A stretch of DNA of 64,000 nt from contig CAVPUQ010000006.1 in the NCBI GenBank assembly GCA_963708985.1, forward strand, positions 327,451 to 391,450, given 5' to 3'. Each line of letters begins with the position of its first letter. The first letter of the stretch is position 1. Under the pieces are notes generated by a model. The model saw only the letters and a program-made list of their open reading frames with translations, made no database searches and was not told the DNA's origin. Shown one piece after another: positions 1-10,367 of this stretch. This stretch comes from an uncultured Actinomycetes bacterium. GTDB lineage: Bacteria > Actinomycetota > UBA4738 > HRBIN12. The translations under genes were made by a program, and so were the position numbers.

Positions 1-1013
1 TCCCGTTCCCGCGTACGACACCGGAGGCGCCCGACCTCCAGCGCCTGCTCGCCGAGATGGTCGATGCGGGCGTCGACGCCGCGGCGATGGAGGTCTCATC
101 CCACGGCCTGCACCAGCATCGGGTGGACGGCACCCGATACGAGGTCGCGATCTTCACGAACCTCACCCAGGATCACCTCGACTACCACGCGTCGATGGAG
201 GAGTACTTCGAGGCGAAGGCCCGGTTGTTCACGTCGGCGATGAGCGATCACGCGGTCGTGAACCACGACAGCGCGGAGGGCCGGCGGCTGGTCGGCTCCG
301 GCGTACCGACCACCACGTACGGGCTCGGCGCGGGAGCCGACGTGCGCGCCGTCGACGTCTCGACCACGCGCGAGGGCCTGTCGTTCCGCGTCGGTGACCT
401 CGAGGTGCGCTCGGCGCTGCGAGGTCTGTTCAACGTGGAGAACTGCCTCGCCGCGCTCACGGCCGCGCGCGAGCTCGGCATCGGCGAGGAGGCGATCGCC
501 GGCGGGATCGCGGACGTCCGAGGCGTGCCCGGCCGGGTGGAACCGGTCGAGGCGGGACAGGCCTTCCTCGTGTTGGTCGACTACGCGCATACGCCGGACA
601 GCCTCGAGAACGTCCTTCGCACGGCGCGCCCACTCGCCTCGGGGCGACTGATCGCCGTCTTCGGCTGCGGGGGAGACCGGGATCGCGCGAAGCGCCCGCT
701 CATGGGTCGGACGGCAACGAGCCTCGCGGACCTCACCATCGTGACGAGCGACAACCCTCGGAGCGAAGATCCGCTCGCGATCGTCACGGACATCGAGTCG
801 GGTGCTCGCGAGGGTGGCGGCGGGTACGTGATCGAGCCCGACCGACGCGCGGCGATCCGGCTCGCGGTGCGCGAAGCAGACCCCGACGACATCGTCGTGA
901 TCGCCGGCAAGGGGCATGAGGCGTACCAGGAGCTCGCCGACCGGACGATCGCCTTCGACGACCGCGTGGTCGCGTCGGAGGAGATCCGGGCGCGCGTCGG
1001 AGGGGTGCCGTGA
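1..1013 (+). CDS. murE: MurE, UDP-N-acetylmuramoyl-L-alanyl-D-glutamate--diamino-acid ligase (5' end cut by window edge)
   Basis: The frame of ORF 57..1013 stays open back to base 3 (PFPRTTPEAPDLQRLLAEM...). Mur-ligase motifs are present: DYAHTPDSL, FGCGGDRDRAKRP, SDNPRSEDP. GTGA overlap with murF. Confidence 0.9.
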   Translation, partial: PFPRTTPEAPDLQRLLAEMVDAGVDAAAMEVSSHGLHQHRVDGTRYEVAIFTNLTQDHLDYHASMEEYFEAKARLFTSAMSDHAVVNHDSAEGRRLVGSGVPTTTYGLGAGADVRAVDVSTTREGLSFRVGDLEVRSALRGLFNVENCLAALTAARELGIGEEAIAGGIADVRGVPGRVEPVEAGQAFLVLVDYAHTPDSLENVLRTARPLASGRLIAVFGCGGDRDRAKRPLMGRTATSLADLTIVTSDNPRSEDPLAIVTDIESGAREGGGGYVIEPDRRAAIRLAVREADPDDIVVIAGKGHEAYQELADRTIAFDDRVVASEEIRARVGGVP

Positions 1014-2371
1014 TCGCCCGCCGACTCTCCGAGGTCGCGTCGATCGTGGACGGCCTCGTCCACGGTGACGACGTGACCGTGACCTCGGCGGCGAGCGACA
1101 GCCGCGCCGCGGTTCCCGGAGCGCTCTTCGTGGCCCTGGCGGGCGAGCGCGTGGACGGCCACGACTTCGTGACGGATGCGATGGCTCGAGGCGCGGCCGC
1201 CGCGCTCGTGAGCCGCTCCGTCGCCGGCGTCCCGTGCGTCGAGGTCGCGGACACCGGTGTCGCCCTTCTCGAGCTCGCACGCGACGAGCGGGAGCGCCGG
1301 AGCGACGCCACGGTCGTCGGGATCACGGGGGCGAACGGGAAGACCTCGACGAAAGACATGACCGCTGCCGTGCTCTCGACACGCTTGCGGACCCACGCGA
1401 GCCCGGCGTCGTTCAACACCGAGATCGGCCTGCCGATCACGCTCCTCGGCGCATCGCCCGACGTGGAGGTCGTCGTCGCCGAGCTCGGAGCGCGCCGGGT
1501 CGGCGACGTCGCGCTGCTGTGCGAGATCGCCCGGCCCGACGTGGTCGTCGTGACGAACGTCGGCGTCGCGCACATGGAGTTGTTCGGCTCGTGGGAGGCG
1601 ATCGTCGAGGCCTCGGCCGAGCCGGTCGAGGCGCTCGACGACGAGGGGGTGGCGATCCTCAACGCCGACGATCCGATCGTGCGTGGATACGCGAGACGCA
1701 CCTCGGGCCGCGTTCGATGGTTCGGCCTGTCGCAGGATGCGGACGTTCGCGCGAGCGCGATCGAGCTCGATCACGAGGGGCGCGCGCGGTTCGACCTCGA
1801 GGTGAACGGCGAGCATGAGCCTGTCGAACTCGCGATGCCGGGGGAGCACATGGTGTCGAACGCGCTCGCCGCGGCGACGGTAGGCACGACGCTCGGTCTG
1901 TCCGCAGCCGAGTGCGCGACCGCGCTGAAGGATGCCCGGGTGTCGGCGTGGCGGATGGAGGCGTTCTCGACGCCGGACGGTGTCCGGATCGTCAACGACG
2001 CGTACAACGCGAACCCCGAGTCGACGGCCGCCGGGTTGAAGGCCGCGCGGTGGATGGCACGGGAGGGGCGGCTCGTGGCGGTGCTCGGACACATGGCCGA
2101 GCTCGGCCCGATCTCGCTCGACGAGCACGAGCGCCTCGGCGAGCTGATCGTCCGGATCGGCGTCGATCGTCTCATCACGGTGGGGGAGCCGGCGCGGATG
2201 ATCCATCGCGCGGCGGTGCGCGAGGGGCAGCTACCGGAAGACGCGCTCGACGTCCGTTCCCCCGAAGAGGCGCTCGAGGATCTCCGAGCATGGCTGCGCC
2301 CCGGCGACGTCGTGCTCATCAAGGGCTCGCGCGTGGTGGGGCTCGAGCGGCTGGCGGAGGCGCTGCGGTGA
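1010..2371 (+). CDS. murF: MurF, UDP-MurNAc-tripeptide--D-Ala-D-Ala ligase
   Basis: ORF 1010..2371. P-loop [23 protein letters not shown], Mur ligase C-terminal domain. Position between murE and mraY. Confidence 0.9.
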   Translation: MIARRLSEVASIVDGLVHGDDVTVTSAASDSRAAVPGALFVALAGERVDGHDFVTDAMARGAAAALVSRSVAGVPCVEVADTGVALLELARDERERRSDATVVGITGANGKTSTKDMTAAVLSTRLRTHASPASFNTEIGLPITLLGASPDVEVVVAELGARRVGDVALLCEIARPDVVVVTNVGVAHMELFGSWEAIVEASAEPVEALDDEGVAILNADDPIVRGYARRTSGRVRWFGLSQDADVRASAIELDHEGRARFDLEVNGEHEPVELAMPGEHMVSNALAAATVGTTLGLSAAECATALKDARVSAWRMEAFSTPDGVRIVNDAYNANPESTAAGLKAARWMAREGRLVAVLGHMAELGPISLDEHERLGELIVRIGVDRLITVGEPARMIHRAAVREGQLPEDALDVRSPEEALEDLRAWLRPGDVVLIKGSRVVGLERLAEALR

Positions 2372-3418
2372 GAGGGATCCTCGTGGCCGCCGCCATCGGA
2401 CTCGCGATCACGTTGCTCGGCACGCCGCTGGCGATCCGTGCCTTCCGCCTGTGGGGCTGGGGCCAGCGGATCCGCGAAGACGGTCCCCACACCCACCTCG
2501 AGAAGATGGGCACACCGACGATGGGTGGCGTCGTGATCCTCGCGGGGATGCTCGGCGGCGTACCTGGCGGCGCACGTCGTGCTCGGGGGGATGAGCGCGG
2601 CGGGGCTCGCAGTACTCCTCGCGACCGTCTGCCTGGGTGCACTCGGGTTCGTGGACGACTACATCAAGGTCCGCCGCCGGCGCTCCCTCGGTCTGTCGAA
2701 GTCGGCGAAGATCGTGGGCCAGGCGCTCGTCGCGGTCGTATTCACGCTCGTGGCGGTGCGGGTCGGCCACGTCTCGACGGAGCTGTCGTTCTTCCGCGAG
2801 ACGGGCCTCGACCTCAAGGTGTTCTTCGTCGTCTGGGTGTTCGTCATCCTCGCATCGTCCTCGAACGGCGTGAACCTCACCGACGGCCTCGACGGCCTCG
2901 CCTCGGGTTCGTCGATCTTCGTGTTCTCCGCGTTCGTATTCATCGCGTTCTGGCAGTTCCGCCACGCCTGCGGGCTCGGTCCCGCGGAGGCCTGCTACCC
3001 GATCAACCCGGACGACGCACTCGACCTGGCCGTGATCGCCGGCGGCGCCGCGGGAGCCGTGGCGGGGTTCCTGTGGTGGAACGCGGCACCGGCCCGCATC
3101 TTCATGGGCGACACCGGCGCGCTCGCGCTCGGCGGGCTGATGGGCGCGCTCGCCATCGCGACGGACACGCAGCTCCTCCTCGTGGTGCTGGGAGGGCTGT
3201 TCGTGATCGAGACGACGTCCGTGATCCTGCAGGTGATCTCGTTCCGCGGATTCCACAAGCGGATCTTCCGCATGTCGCCGATCCACCATCACTTCGAGCT
3301 CGCCGGGTGGCCCGAGTTCACGGTCATCGTCCGCTTCTGGATCGTGGCCGGGATCTGCGTCGCGGTCGGACTCGGCCTCTTCTACTACGACTTCATCGCA
3401 CGAGGAGGACTCGGGTGA
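2368..3418 (+). pseudogene. mraY: MraY, phospho-MurNAc-pentapeptide translocase; one frame shift as read (~2559)
   Basis: GTG 2368 overlaps the murF stop. The N-terminus ([26 protein letters not shown]...[20 protein letters not shown]) is in frame 1, inside composite ORF 1912..4767. The rest ([16 protein letters not shown]...DDYIKV...[13 protein letters not shown]...[11 protein letters not shown]) is in frame 2 (ORF 2579..3418). The join lies at ggcggc-g-tacctg. Confidence 0.88.
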
Positions 3419-4767
3419 CCGAGGGTGCGTTCGCGGGGCAACGGTTCCTCGTCGTCGGCCTCGGGGTGGCGGGGAGCGCCGCCTCGCGGGTGCTTGCCGA
3501 GGAAGGTGCACGTGTCCGCGCCACCGAGGAACACGAAGAGGTCGAGAGCGCGGACGAGCTGACGGCGCTCGGCGTGGAAGTCCACCTCGGCGGCCATCGG
3601 CCGGCCCACCTCGAGAACGTCGACGCCGTCGTCGCGAGCCCGGGGGTGCCCGAGCATGCTCCGGTCCTGCGGTGGGCGGCCGAGCGCGGGATCGAGATAT
3701 GGAGCGAGCTCGACGTCGGCGCGCGCCTGTGCAAGGTGCCGTACGTCGCGATCACCGGCACGAACGGGAAGTCCACGACCACCAAGCTCGTCGCGGCCAT
3801 GTTCTCGGCCGCGGGGATGGATGCCGTGGCGTGCGGGAACATCGGACACCCGTTCTCGGCGGCCGCACGTGAGGGTCATGCTGCACTCTCCATCGAGGCC
3901 TCGTCGTTCCAGCTGCGGTTCCACCACTGGCTACACCCGCGCGTGTCCGTTCTGCTGAACGTCGCACCCGATCACCTGGATTGGCACGGCTCGGAGGGCG
4001 CGTACGCGGCGGCGAAGGCACGGGTGTTCGAGCTGCAGACCAACGGCGAGACCCACGTCGGCAACGCGGACGATAGGGCGGCCGCGTCGATATCGCGACG
4101 TGCACCGTGCACGATCGCCTGGTTCCGGGACGGAGCGCCGGGCACGGACGAGGTGGGGGTCGTCGGCGGGCAGATCGTGGCTCACCGGAGCGGTCGCGAC
4201 CTCGAGCTCGGGCGGCCGGCGCACGATGCCGCGGGGTTCGTCCTCGACTGCGCGGCCGGCGCCGCCGCCGGGCTCGCGTTCGGGCTGCCGGCCGATGCCG
4301 TCGCCGAAGCGATCGCTCGGATGACGCCGCTGCCGCACCGAGGGGAGGAGGTTGCCCGCGCGGGGTCGGTTCGCTTCCTGGATGACTCGAAGGCGACGAA
4401 CGTGCATGCGGCGCTTCACGCCCTGCGGGGCAAGCGTGACGTGGTGCTCATCGCGGGCGGGATGGCGAAGGGCGTGGACCTGGCTCCACTCGCCGAGGCA
4501 CGGTCGTCGCTCGTGGGCGTGGTGGCCATCGGCGAGTCCGTAGCCGAGGTCGCGGCGGCGTTCACGGGGCACGTGCCGGTCCGGGCCGCGGGCTCCATCG
4601 AGGAAGCCGTTCGGGCCGCCTACGGCATGGCGCCCGAGGGTGGCATCGTGCTGCTCGCTCCGGCGTGCGCGAGCTGGGACATGTTCCGAGACTACGTCGA
4701 ACGCGGTGAGCGTTTCGCCGAGGCCGCTCGAGCATTGACGGAGGAGGCCGCCCATGTCCAGCCGTAG
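3415..4767 (+). CDS. murD: MurD, UDP-MurNAc-L-Ala--D-Glu ligase
   Basis: GTG 3415 overlaps the mraY stop (GTGA). [23 protein letters not shown] (Rossmann-like N-terminus) and [14 protein letters not shown]-loop. It forms the tail of composite ORF 1912..4767. Confidence 0.9.
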   Translation: MTEGAFAGQRFLVVGLGVAGSAASRVLAEEGARVRATEEHEEVESADELTALGVEVHLGGHRPAHLENVDAVVASPGVPEHAPVLRWAAERGIEIWSELDVGARLCKVPYVAITGTNGKSTTTKLVAAMFSAAGMDAVACGNIGHPFSAAAREGHAALSIEASSFQLRFHHWLHPRVSVLLNVAPDHLDWHGSEGAYAAAKARVFELQTNGETHVGNADDRAAASISRRAPCTIAWFRDGAPGTDEVGVVGGQIVAHRSGRDLELGRPAHDAAGFVLDCAAGAAAGLAFGLPADAVAEAIARMTPLPHRGEEVARAGSVRFLDDSKATNVHAALHALRGKRDVVLIAGGMAKGVDLAPLAEARSSLVGVVAIGESVAEVAAAFTGHVPVRAAGSIEEAVRAAYGMAPEGGIVLLAPACASWDMFRDYVERGERFAEAARALTEEAAHVQP

Positions 4768-5980
4768 CGTGGCGGCCGAGCGGCCGCAGCACCTCCGGCT
4801 GGTCCGGACCGAGGAGGTGAGGCGTGCCCGCTCGCGCGAGGATCCGGCCGTTCGACCGACCAGGTACCTGCTGCTTGGGTCGACGGCGTTCCTCGTGCTC
4901 GGCGGGCTCGTGATGGTGCTCTCGGCGAGCTCGATCTCGGCCTACGCCCAGTACGGTGATCCGTTCCGGTTCTTCCAGCGGCAGGCCGCCTACGCCGCGG
5001 TCGGCGTCGGTGTGCTCCTGCTGACCTCGCGGATGCAGTACCGGGTCTGGCAACGACTCGCGCTACCCTTCCTGATCCTGACCCTCACGCTCCTCGCGTT
5101 CGTCCTACATCCCGGCGCGGGGGTCTCGGCGTACGGCTCGTCCAGGTGGCTCGAGTTCGGACCGGTCACCGTGCAGCCGTCGGAGCTCGCGAAGCTCGCG
5201 CTCGTGGTGTTCGCGGCCAGCGTGCTCGCGCGCAAGTGGGGGAAGCTCGATCAGGTCGGGCATCTCGCGCTTCCGTTGTTGCCGGTCGTGATCCTCGTGG
5301 CCGGGCTCGTGATGATGCAGCCTGACCTCGGGACGACGCTGATCATCTCCGGGACTTCGTTCCTGATGCTGTTCGTGGCTGGCGTTCGGTTCCGGTACCT
5401 GCTCGTGACCGGATGCGTCGGCTCGGCGCTCGGGATGGCGTTGATCTTCAGCGCCGACTACCGCCGCGTCCGGTTCCTCGCGTTCCTCGATCCGTGGGCC
5501 GACGCCACGAATAGCGGCTACCAACTCGTGCAGTCGCTCATCGCGCTCGGGTCGGGCGGGTGGTTCGGCGTGGGGCTCGGTGCCAGCCGGCAGAAGTGGC
5601 TCTACGTGCCGAACGCGCACACCGACTTCATCTTCTCGATCCTCGGCGAGGAGCTCGGGCTGCTCGGCGAACTCGTCGTCCTCATCGCGTTCGCGCTCTT
5701 GGTCTTCGCCGGCATCCGGGTGGCGGCACGAGCCCCGGACGTGTTCGGCCGCCTGTTGGCCGCCGGGATCGTCGCATGGTTCGGGCTGCAGACCCTCGTG
5801 AACCTCGGCGCTGTCACGGGACTCCTGCCGATCACCGGCGTGCCGCTGCCGTTCCTGTCGTACGGAGGCTCGTCGCTCGTGGTCTCGCTCGCGGCCGTGG
5901 GCATCTTGTGGAACATCGCGCGGGCCCCGGCGGCCGCGGGGTCCGCGACACGGCCGCGGTCCGGGGGGCGCGCCGCGTGA
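4754..5980 (+). CDS. ftsW: FtsW/RodA/SpoVE-family (SEDS) cell-division protein
   Basis: ORF 4754..5980. Multi-TM protein with SEDS motifs ([32 protein letters not shown]). dcw position between murD and murG. Confidence 0.88.
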   Translation: MSSRSVAAERPQHLRLVRTEEVRRARSREDPAVRPTRYLLLGSTAFLVLGGLVMVLSASSISAYAQYGDPFRFFQRQAAYAAVGVGVLLLTSRMQYRVWQRLALPFLILTLTLLAFVLHPGAGVSAYGSSRWLEFGPVTVQPSELAKLALVVFAASVLARKWGKLDQVGHLALPLLPVVILVAGLVMMQPDLGTTLIISGTSFLMLFVAGVRFRYLLVTGCVGSALGMALIFSADYRRVRFLAFLDPWADATNSGYQLVQSLIALGSGGWFGVGLGASRQKWLYVPNAHTDFIFSILGEELGLLGELVVLIAFALLVFAGIRVAARAPDVFGRLLAAGIVAWFGLQTLVNLGAVTGLLPITGVPLPFLSYGGSSLVVSLAAVGILWNIARAPAAAGSATRPRSGGRAA

Positions 5981-7086
5981 GGGTGCTCATCGCCGGGGGC
6001 GGCACTGCGGGCCACGTGTTCCCCGCGCTGGCGCTCGCGCGCCGACTGGCGGACGAGCACGGCGCCGACGTCCGGTTCGCAGGCACGGCCAGGGGGCAGG
6101 AGGCTCGACTCGTCCCGGAGGCGGGGTTCCCGTTCGAGCCCGTCGAGGCCCGTCCCCTGAAACGCGAGCTCTCCATCGAGGCCGCCACGGCGCCGGTCGC
6201 CGCGATCCGCTCGGTGGCCGCGTGCCGTCCGCTGGTCGAGCGCGCGGACGTCGTGGTCGGCATGGGTGGCTACGTGAGCCTGCCCGTCGGGCTCGCGGCC
6301 GTGCGTGCGCGACGTCCCCTCGTGCTCCACGAGCAGAACGCCGCCCCGGGTCTCGCGAACCGCGTCCTTTCCCATCGTGCACGCACCGTGGCGCTCAGCT
6401 TCCGTGAAGCGGCCGAGCGCCTGCCCCGACACGCGCCTACCGTCCTCACGGGCAACCCCGTCCGTGAGCAGGTCCTCGCCGTCCCCGCTGAACGTGAGGC
6501 CCTCGCGGGCCGAGCGATCGACGAGCTCGATCTGGAGCCGGCACGGCGGACGGTCGTCGTCTTCGGCGGCAGCCAGGGCGCGCTCCATGTGAACACCGCG
6601 GCGGTGGATGCGATCGGACGTCTGCGCGAGCGCGAGGACCTCCAGGTGCTCCTGCTCGCCGGAGCGACGCACGAGCGACGGATCTCGGGAGCGCTCGCGG
6701 GGTCGAGCGGCGTCCGGACCCGCGTTCGAGGGTTCCTCGGCTCGATGGAGCTCGCCTACGCGATCGCCGACATCGTGGTCTCGCGGGCCGGTGCGACCAC
6801 ATGTGCCGAGGTCTCGGTGTGTGGTCTGCCTGCGGTCCTCGTCCCGTACCCGCATGCGACCGGGCGGCATCAGGACGCGAACGCGCGCTCACTCGAGCGC
6901 GCCGGGGCCGCCGTCGTCGTCGCCGATGCGGCGTTGTCGGGGGAGGTCCTCGCCTCCCTCATCTGCAACTTGCTGGACGACCCTGCGAGGCTCGTCTCGA
7001 TGGGGGAGCGCATGCGGTCGTGGTCGCATCCCGACGCCGCCGAGGCCCTCGCGGGTGTCGTGCTCCGTGCAGGAGGCGGCCGGTGA
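5977..7086 (+). CDS. murG: MurG, undecaprenyl-PP-MurNAc-pentapeptide GlcNAc transferase
   Basis: GTG 5977 overlaps the ftsW stop. [22 protein letters not shown]-terminus and a GT28 C-terminal domain (VSRAGATTCAEV). Lies within ORF 5560..7086. Confidence 0.9.
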   Translation: MRVLIAGGGTAGHVFPALALARRLADEHGADVRFAGTARGQEARLVPEAGFPFEPVEARPLKRELSIEAATAPVAAIRSVAACRPLVERADVVVGMGGYVSLPVGLAAVRARRPLVLHEQNAAPGLANRVLSHRARTVALSFREAAERLPRHAPTVLTGNPVREQVLAVPAEREALAGRAIDELDLEPARRTVVVFGGSQGALHVNTAAVDAIGRLREREDLQVLLLAGATHERRISGALAGSSGVRTRVRGFLGSMELAYAIADIVVSRAGATTCAEVSVCGLPAVLVPYPHATGRHQDANARSLERAGAAVVVADAALSGEVLASLICNLLDDPARLVSMGERMRSWSHPDAAEALAGVVLRAGGGR

Positions 7087-8507
7087 GTCGTCCGTACGTC
7101 CCCCCGGCTGGCAGCATCCCAACGCTGGAGGTTCCCGACCTCGGCCCCATCCGCCGGCTCCATCTGATCGGCATCGGCGGGGCCGGGATGCGGAACCTCG
7201 CGAAGCTCTTCCTCGCGCGTGGGACCCTGGTGTCGGGCTCGGACATGAAGGACTCGAAGGGCCTGCGTGAGCTCGAGACCCTCGGCGCCGGGGTGTTCGT
7301 CGGCCACGCCGCGTACCAGCTCGGCGAGCCTGACGCGGTCGTGATCTCGAGCGCGATCCACGAAACGAACCCCGAGCTGGCGGAGGCGCGTCGGCGCGGT
7401 ATCCCCGTATGGGCGCGGGCCCAGGCTCTCGCCGCCCTCGCGGCCGGTGCGCGAACGATCGCCGTCGCAGGAACGCACGGCAAGACCACGACGACCTCGA
7501 TGGTAGGCCTCGTGCTCGAGCGCGCGGGGCTCGACCCAACCTACCTCGTGGGCGGAGAGCCGAACGAGAGCGGCAGCGGGGCGCGGTCCGGTTCGGGCGG
7601 TCTGTTCGTCGCCGAGGCCGATGAGAGCGACGGCTCCTTCCTGCTCCTTCGCTCGGACGTGGGCATCGTCACGAACGTCGAGGTCGATCACGTGGACTTC
7701 TACCGCGGCGGCCGCGACGAGATCGAGGCGGCGTTCGCGGCGTTCGCGGATCGCTGTCGGCACGTCGTGGCCTGCATCGACGACCCCGGGGCGGTCCGCG
7801 CGATCGAGGGCTCCGGCGCGGAGGTGACGTGGTACGGCCGGGCGCCCGAGGCCGACGTCCGGGTCGAGGTGCGCTCGCTCGCTCCGCGCGCCGCCCGGGC
7901 CACCGTCCGGATCGCCGGTCGAACGGTCGAGGTCGAGCTCGGCGTCGACGGTACCCACATGCTGCTGAACGCGGCGGCCACGATCGCGGCGACGGCCATC
8001 GAAGGGGTGGATCCCGCAGCCGCCGCCGGGGCCCTCGCCTCCTTCACCGGGGTGCATCGTCGATTCGAGCATCGTGGCTCCGCGCGCGGCGCCGACTTCT
8101 ACGACGACTACGGCCATGTGCCGACCGAGCTCGCCGTGACCCTCGACGTGGCACGCCGGACGGCACCGAGACGTTTGGTCGCCGTCTTCCAACCACACCG
8201 GTACTCGCGGACACAGGCGCTGTGGCGAGAGCTCGGCGAGAGTCTCACGGAGGCCGACCTCGTCGTGGTCACGGACGTCTACGGGGCGACGCAGGACCCG
8301 ATCCCCGGCGTGACGGGCAAGCTCGTCGTCGACGGCATCGCGCTCGCGGACCCCTCCAAGCGCACCGTCTACCTACCCCACCGGGGAGACGTCGTCCGCT
8401 TCCTGGAGCGCGAGGTCCGCGAGGGCGACCTCGTCCTCACGATGGGGTGTGGTGACGTGTGGATGCTCGGCGACGCTGCGCTCGATGCCATCGGGGAGGA
8501 CTCGTGA
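7083..8507 (+). CDS. murC: MurC, UDP-MurNAc--L-Ala ligase
   Basis: GTG 7083 overlaps the murG stop. HLIGIGGAGMRNLA and AGTHGKTTTTSM P-loop. Lies within ORF 6801..8507. Confidence 0.9.
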   Translation: MSRPYVPPAGSIPTLEVPDLGPIRRLHLIGIGGAGMRNLAKLFLARGTLVSGSDMKDSKGLRELETLGAGVFVGHAAYQLGEPDAVVISSAIHETNPELAEARRRGIPVWARAQALAALAAGARTIAVAGTHGKTTTTSMVGLVLERAGLDPTYLVGGEPNESGSGARSGSGGLFVAEADESDGSFLLLRSDVGIVTNVEVDHVDFYRGGRDEIEAAFAAFADRCRHVVACIDDPGAVRAIEGSGAEVTWYGRAPEADVRVEVRSLAPRAARATVRIAGRTVEVELGVDGTHMLLNAAATIAATAIEGVDPAAAAGALASFTGVHRRFEHRGSARGADFYDDYGHVPTELAVTLDVARRTAPRRLVAVFQPHRYSRTQALWRELGESLTEADLVVVTDVYGATQDPIPGVTGKLVVDGIALADPSKRTVYLPHRGDVVRFLEREVREGDLVLTMGCGDVWMLGDAALDAIGEDS

Positions 8508-9436
8508 CGGAGGCTGCGGCGCGCGCGGAGGAGATCCTGCGAGCCGCGTGCGGCGAGCGCCTCCGAACCGCCTTCCCGATCGCCCCGATCACGACCTTCC
8601 GCATCGGTGGCCCGGCGGCCTTGTACCTAGAGGCGGAGTCCGAGGAGGACCTCGCCGCCGTGAGCCGGGCCCTCCGCGAGACGGACATCGGGTTCGTCGT
8701 CCTCGGGAAGGGTTCCAACGTGCTGGTGTCCGATCGCGGCTTCGACGGCCTGGTCGTGCGCCTCGGCCGCGCCTTCCGCTGGGTCACACGGAGCGGCGAC
8801 CGGTTGACCGCCGGCGGCGCGATGCCGCTGCCCGCGCTCGCCGGGGTGTCGCTCAGCCACGGGCTCGCCGGGCTCGAGTGGGGCGTCGCGATCCCGGCAT
8901 CCTTCGGTGGCGCGGTGCGCATGAACGCCGGTGCGCACGGCGGTGCGCTCGCCGACGTGCTGGAGACGATCGGCCTGTTCGACCTGATGCTCGGCGAGCC
9001 GATCACGATGCCGGCGGACGACGCGGGGTTCGGGTATCGGTGCTCGGCGCTGCCGGACGGAGGCGTCGTCGTCCGGGCGACGGTGCGCCTGGAGCCAGGG
9101 GATCCCGCGGCGATCCGAGCCCGCATGGACGAGGTACGCGAGTGGCGTCGCGAGCACCAGCCCCTCGCAGAGCCGAACTGCGGCAGCGTGTTCAAGAACC
9201 CGCCGGGCGGGTTCGCCGCTCGGCTCATCGAGGAGGCCGGGCTGAAGGGAACGATGGTTGGGGGTGCGACCGTGTCGCGCAGGCATTCGAACTTCATCGT
9301 GACGGAGGAGGGCGCCCGCGCCGCCGATGTCGTCGAGCTCATCCGAACCGTGCAGGAGCGTGTCCTGGCGCGCTCCGACATCCGTCTCGAGCCGGAGGTG
9401 CATCTCGTTGGCGAGTTCGATCGCATCCCCCACTGA
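8504..9436 (+). CDS. murB: MurB, UDP-N-acetylenolpyruvoylglucosamine reductase
   Basis: GTG 8504 overlaps the murC stop. FAD-binding TTFRIGGPA, GKGSNVLVSD, and the C-terminal MurB domain (GSVFKNPPG). Confidence 0.88.
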   Translation: MTEAAARAEEILRAACGERLRTAFPIAPITTFRIGGPAALYLEAESEEDLAAVSRALRETDIGFVVLGKGSNVLVSDRGFDGLVVRLGRAFRWVTRSGDRLTAGGAMPLPALAGVSLSHGLAGLEWGVAIPASFGGAVRMNAGAHGGALADVLETIGLFDLMLGEPITMPADDAGFGYRCSALPDGGVVVRATVRLEPGDPAAIRARMDEVREWRREHQPLAEPNCGSVFKNPPGGFAARLIEEAGLKGTMVGGATVSRRHSNFIVTEEGARAADVVELIRTVQERVLARSDIRLEPEVHLVGEFDRIPH

Positions 9437-10157
9437 GGCTCCCTCCCAGATCCGTGCCATCCTCGCGCCGGCCTGGCGCTGGCTCGCGATCGCTGGGGCA
9501 GCTCTCGTCCTCGCGGTGGCGACGTTCATGCTGACGAGGAGCGGCTGGTTCGACGTCCGGCAGGTGCAGGTCAGCGGAGCGGATCACCTCTCGCGCGCCG
9601 AGGTCGTGCAACTCTCGGGGATCACGAAGAGGGACAACGCGATCTGGCTGGACGAGTCGGCAGTGGAGGCGAGGCTGACCGTGAGCGCGTGGGTCGCGGG
9701 CGTCGACGTGCGGGTCGACCTCCCGTGGACGGTCACCGTGACCGTGACTGAACGCTCACCGATCGCCGTCCTCGAGCGCGGGAGCACTCGGGTGCTCGTG
9801 GCGGCGGACGGCACCCTGCTGGGGCCGGGGCGAGATGCTGGATTGCCGGTGATCGAGGCGCCGCCGACGTGGATCGGAGTCGTGGAGCCGACACCGATCC
9901 AAGGGATCGCGCGCGCCCTGGCGTCTCTCACCTCCGACGTGCGAGCGACGGTCAGCCGGGTGGACGTGAGCTCGCCCCGCGGGCTCCAGCTCTTCCTGAG
10001 CGACGGAGTCCGGATCGCATACGGCTCGCCGCGTGCCTTCGGGCAGAAGGGACGGACGATCACGGATGTCCTCGCGTGGGCGGCGGCGGCGGGGCAACCG
10101 ATCCGGTCTCTGGATGTCAGTGCGCCGAGCTCTCCGGCCGTCGTTCCGGCAACCTGA
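9327..10157 (+). CDS. ftsQ: FtsQ/DivIB-type cell-division protein (POTRA domain)
   Basis: ORF 9327..10157. One TM segment (WRWLAIAGAALVLAVATFML) is followed by a POTRA-like FDVRQVQVSGADHLSRAEVVQLSGI. The start is uncertain. In-frame TTG 9408 would give only a 29-nt overlap with murB and looks more likely. Confidence 0.72.
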   Translation: MSSSSSEPCRSVSWRAPTSVSSRRCISLASSIASPTEAPSQIRAILAPAWRWLAIAGAALVLAVATFMLTRSGWFDVRQVQVSGADHLSRAEVVQLSGITKRDNAIWLDESAVEARLTVSAWVAGVDVRVDLPWTVTVTVTERSPIAVLERGSTRVLVAADGTLLGPGRDAGLPVIEAPPTWIGVVEPTPIQGIARALASLTSDVRATVSRVDVSSPRGLQLFLSDGVRIAYGSPRAFGQKGRTITDVLAWAAAAGQPIRSLDVSAPSSPAVVPAT

Positions 10158-10217
10158 CGGCTTCAGCGTTCTGTCAGCGTTGACGACAATGCCACCGATC
10201 CACATGCGTTCTACCCA

Positions 10218-10246
10218 TTGACGGGCCAGGCCTTCGATAGTAGGGT
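10218..10246 (+). promoter_or_regulatory. Candidate sigma-A type promoter upstream of ftsZ
   Basis: TTGACG (10218-10223), a 17-nt spacer, then TAGGGT (10241-10246, fits TANNNT). Lies in the 210-bp ftsQ-ftsZ gap. Sequence match only. Confidence 0.25.
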
Positions 10247-10367
10247 GGCGAAGGTTCAGTGTAGGTAGATATAACAATAACGTTGCAGTTGAGGTTCAGA
10301 GTAGTCGGATGGGAACGGCATTTCCCCAGGTAGGACGGGGCTGCAGGCCTCGGAGACGGAGGTTGCG

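Noticed and set aside
96-2206. Long reverse-strand ORFs 96..1280 (394 aa), 581..2206 (541 aa) and 784..1701 lie antisense to murE and murF.
   Set aside because: Their composition is Arg/Pro/Gly/Ala-rich and low-complexity, which is typical of antisense frames in very GC-rich DNA. They fully overlap genes with strong Mur-ligase motifs, and I recognise no domains in them.
1912-4767. A 951-aa forward ORF spans the murF tail, mraY and murD.
   Set aside because: It is a composite. Only two parts are real coding sequence: the mraY N-terminus (from 2368) and murD (from 3415). The rest is an off-frame read-through with no stop codons because of GC bias.
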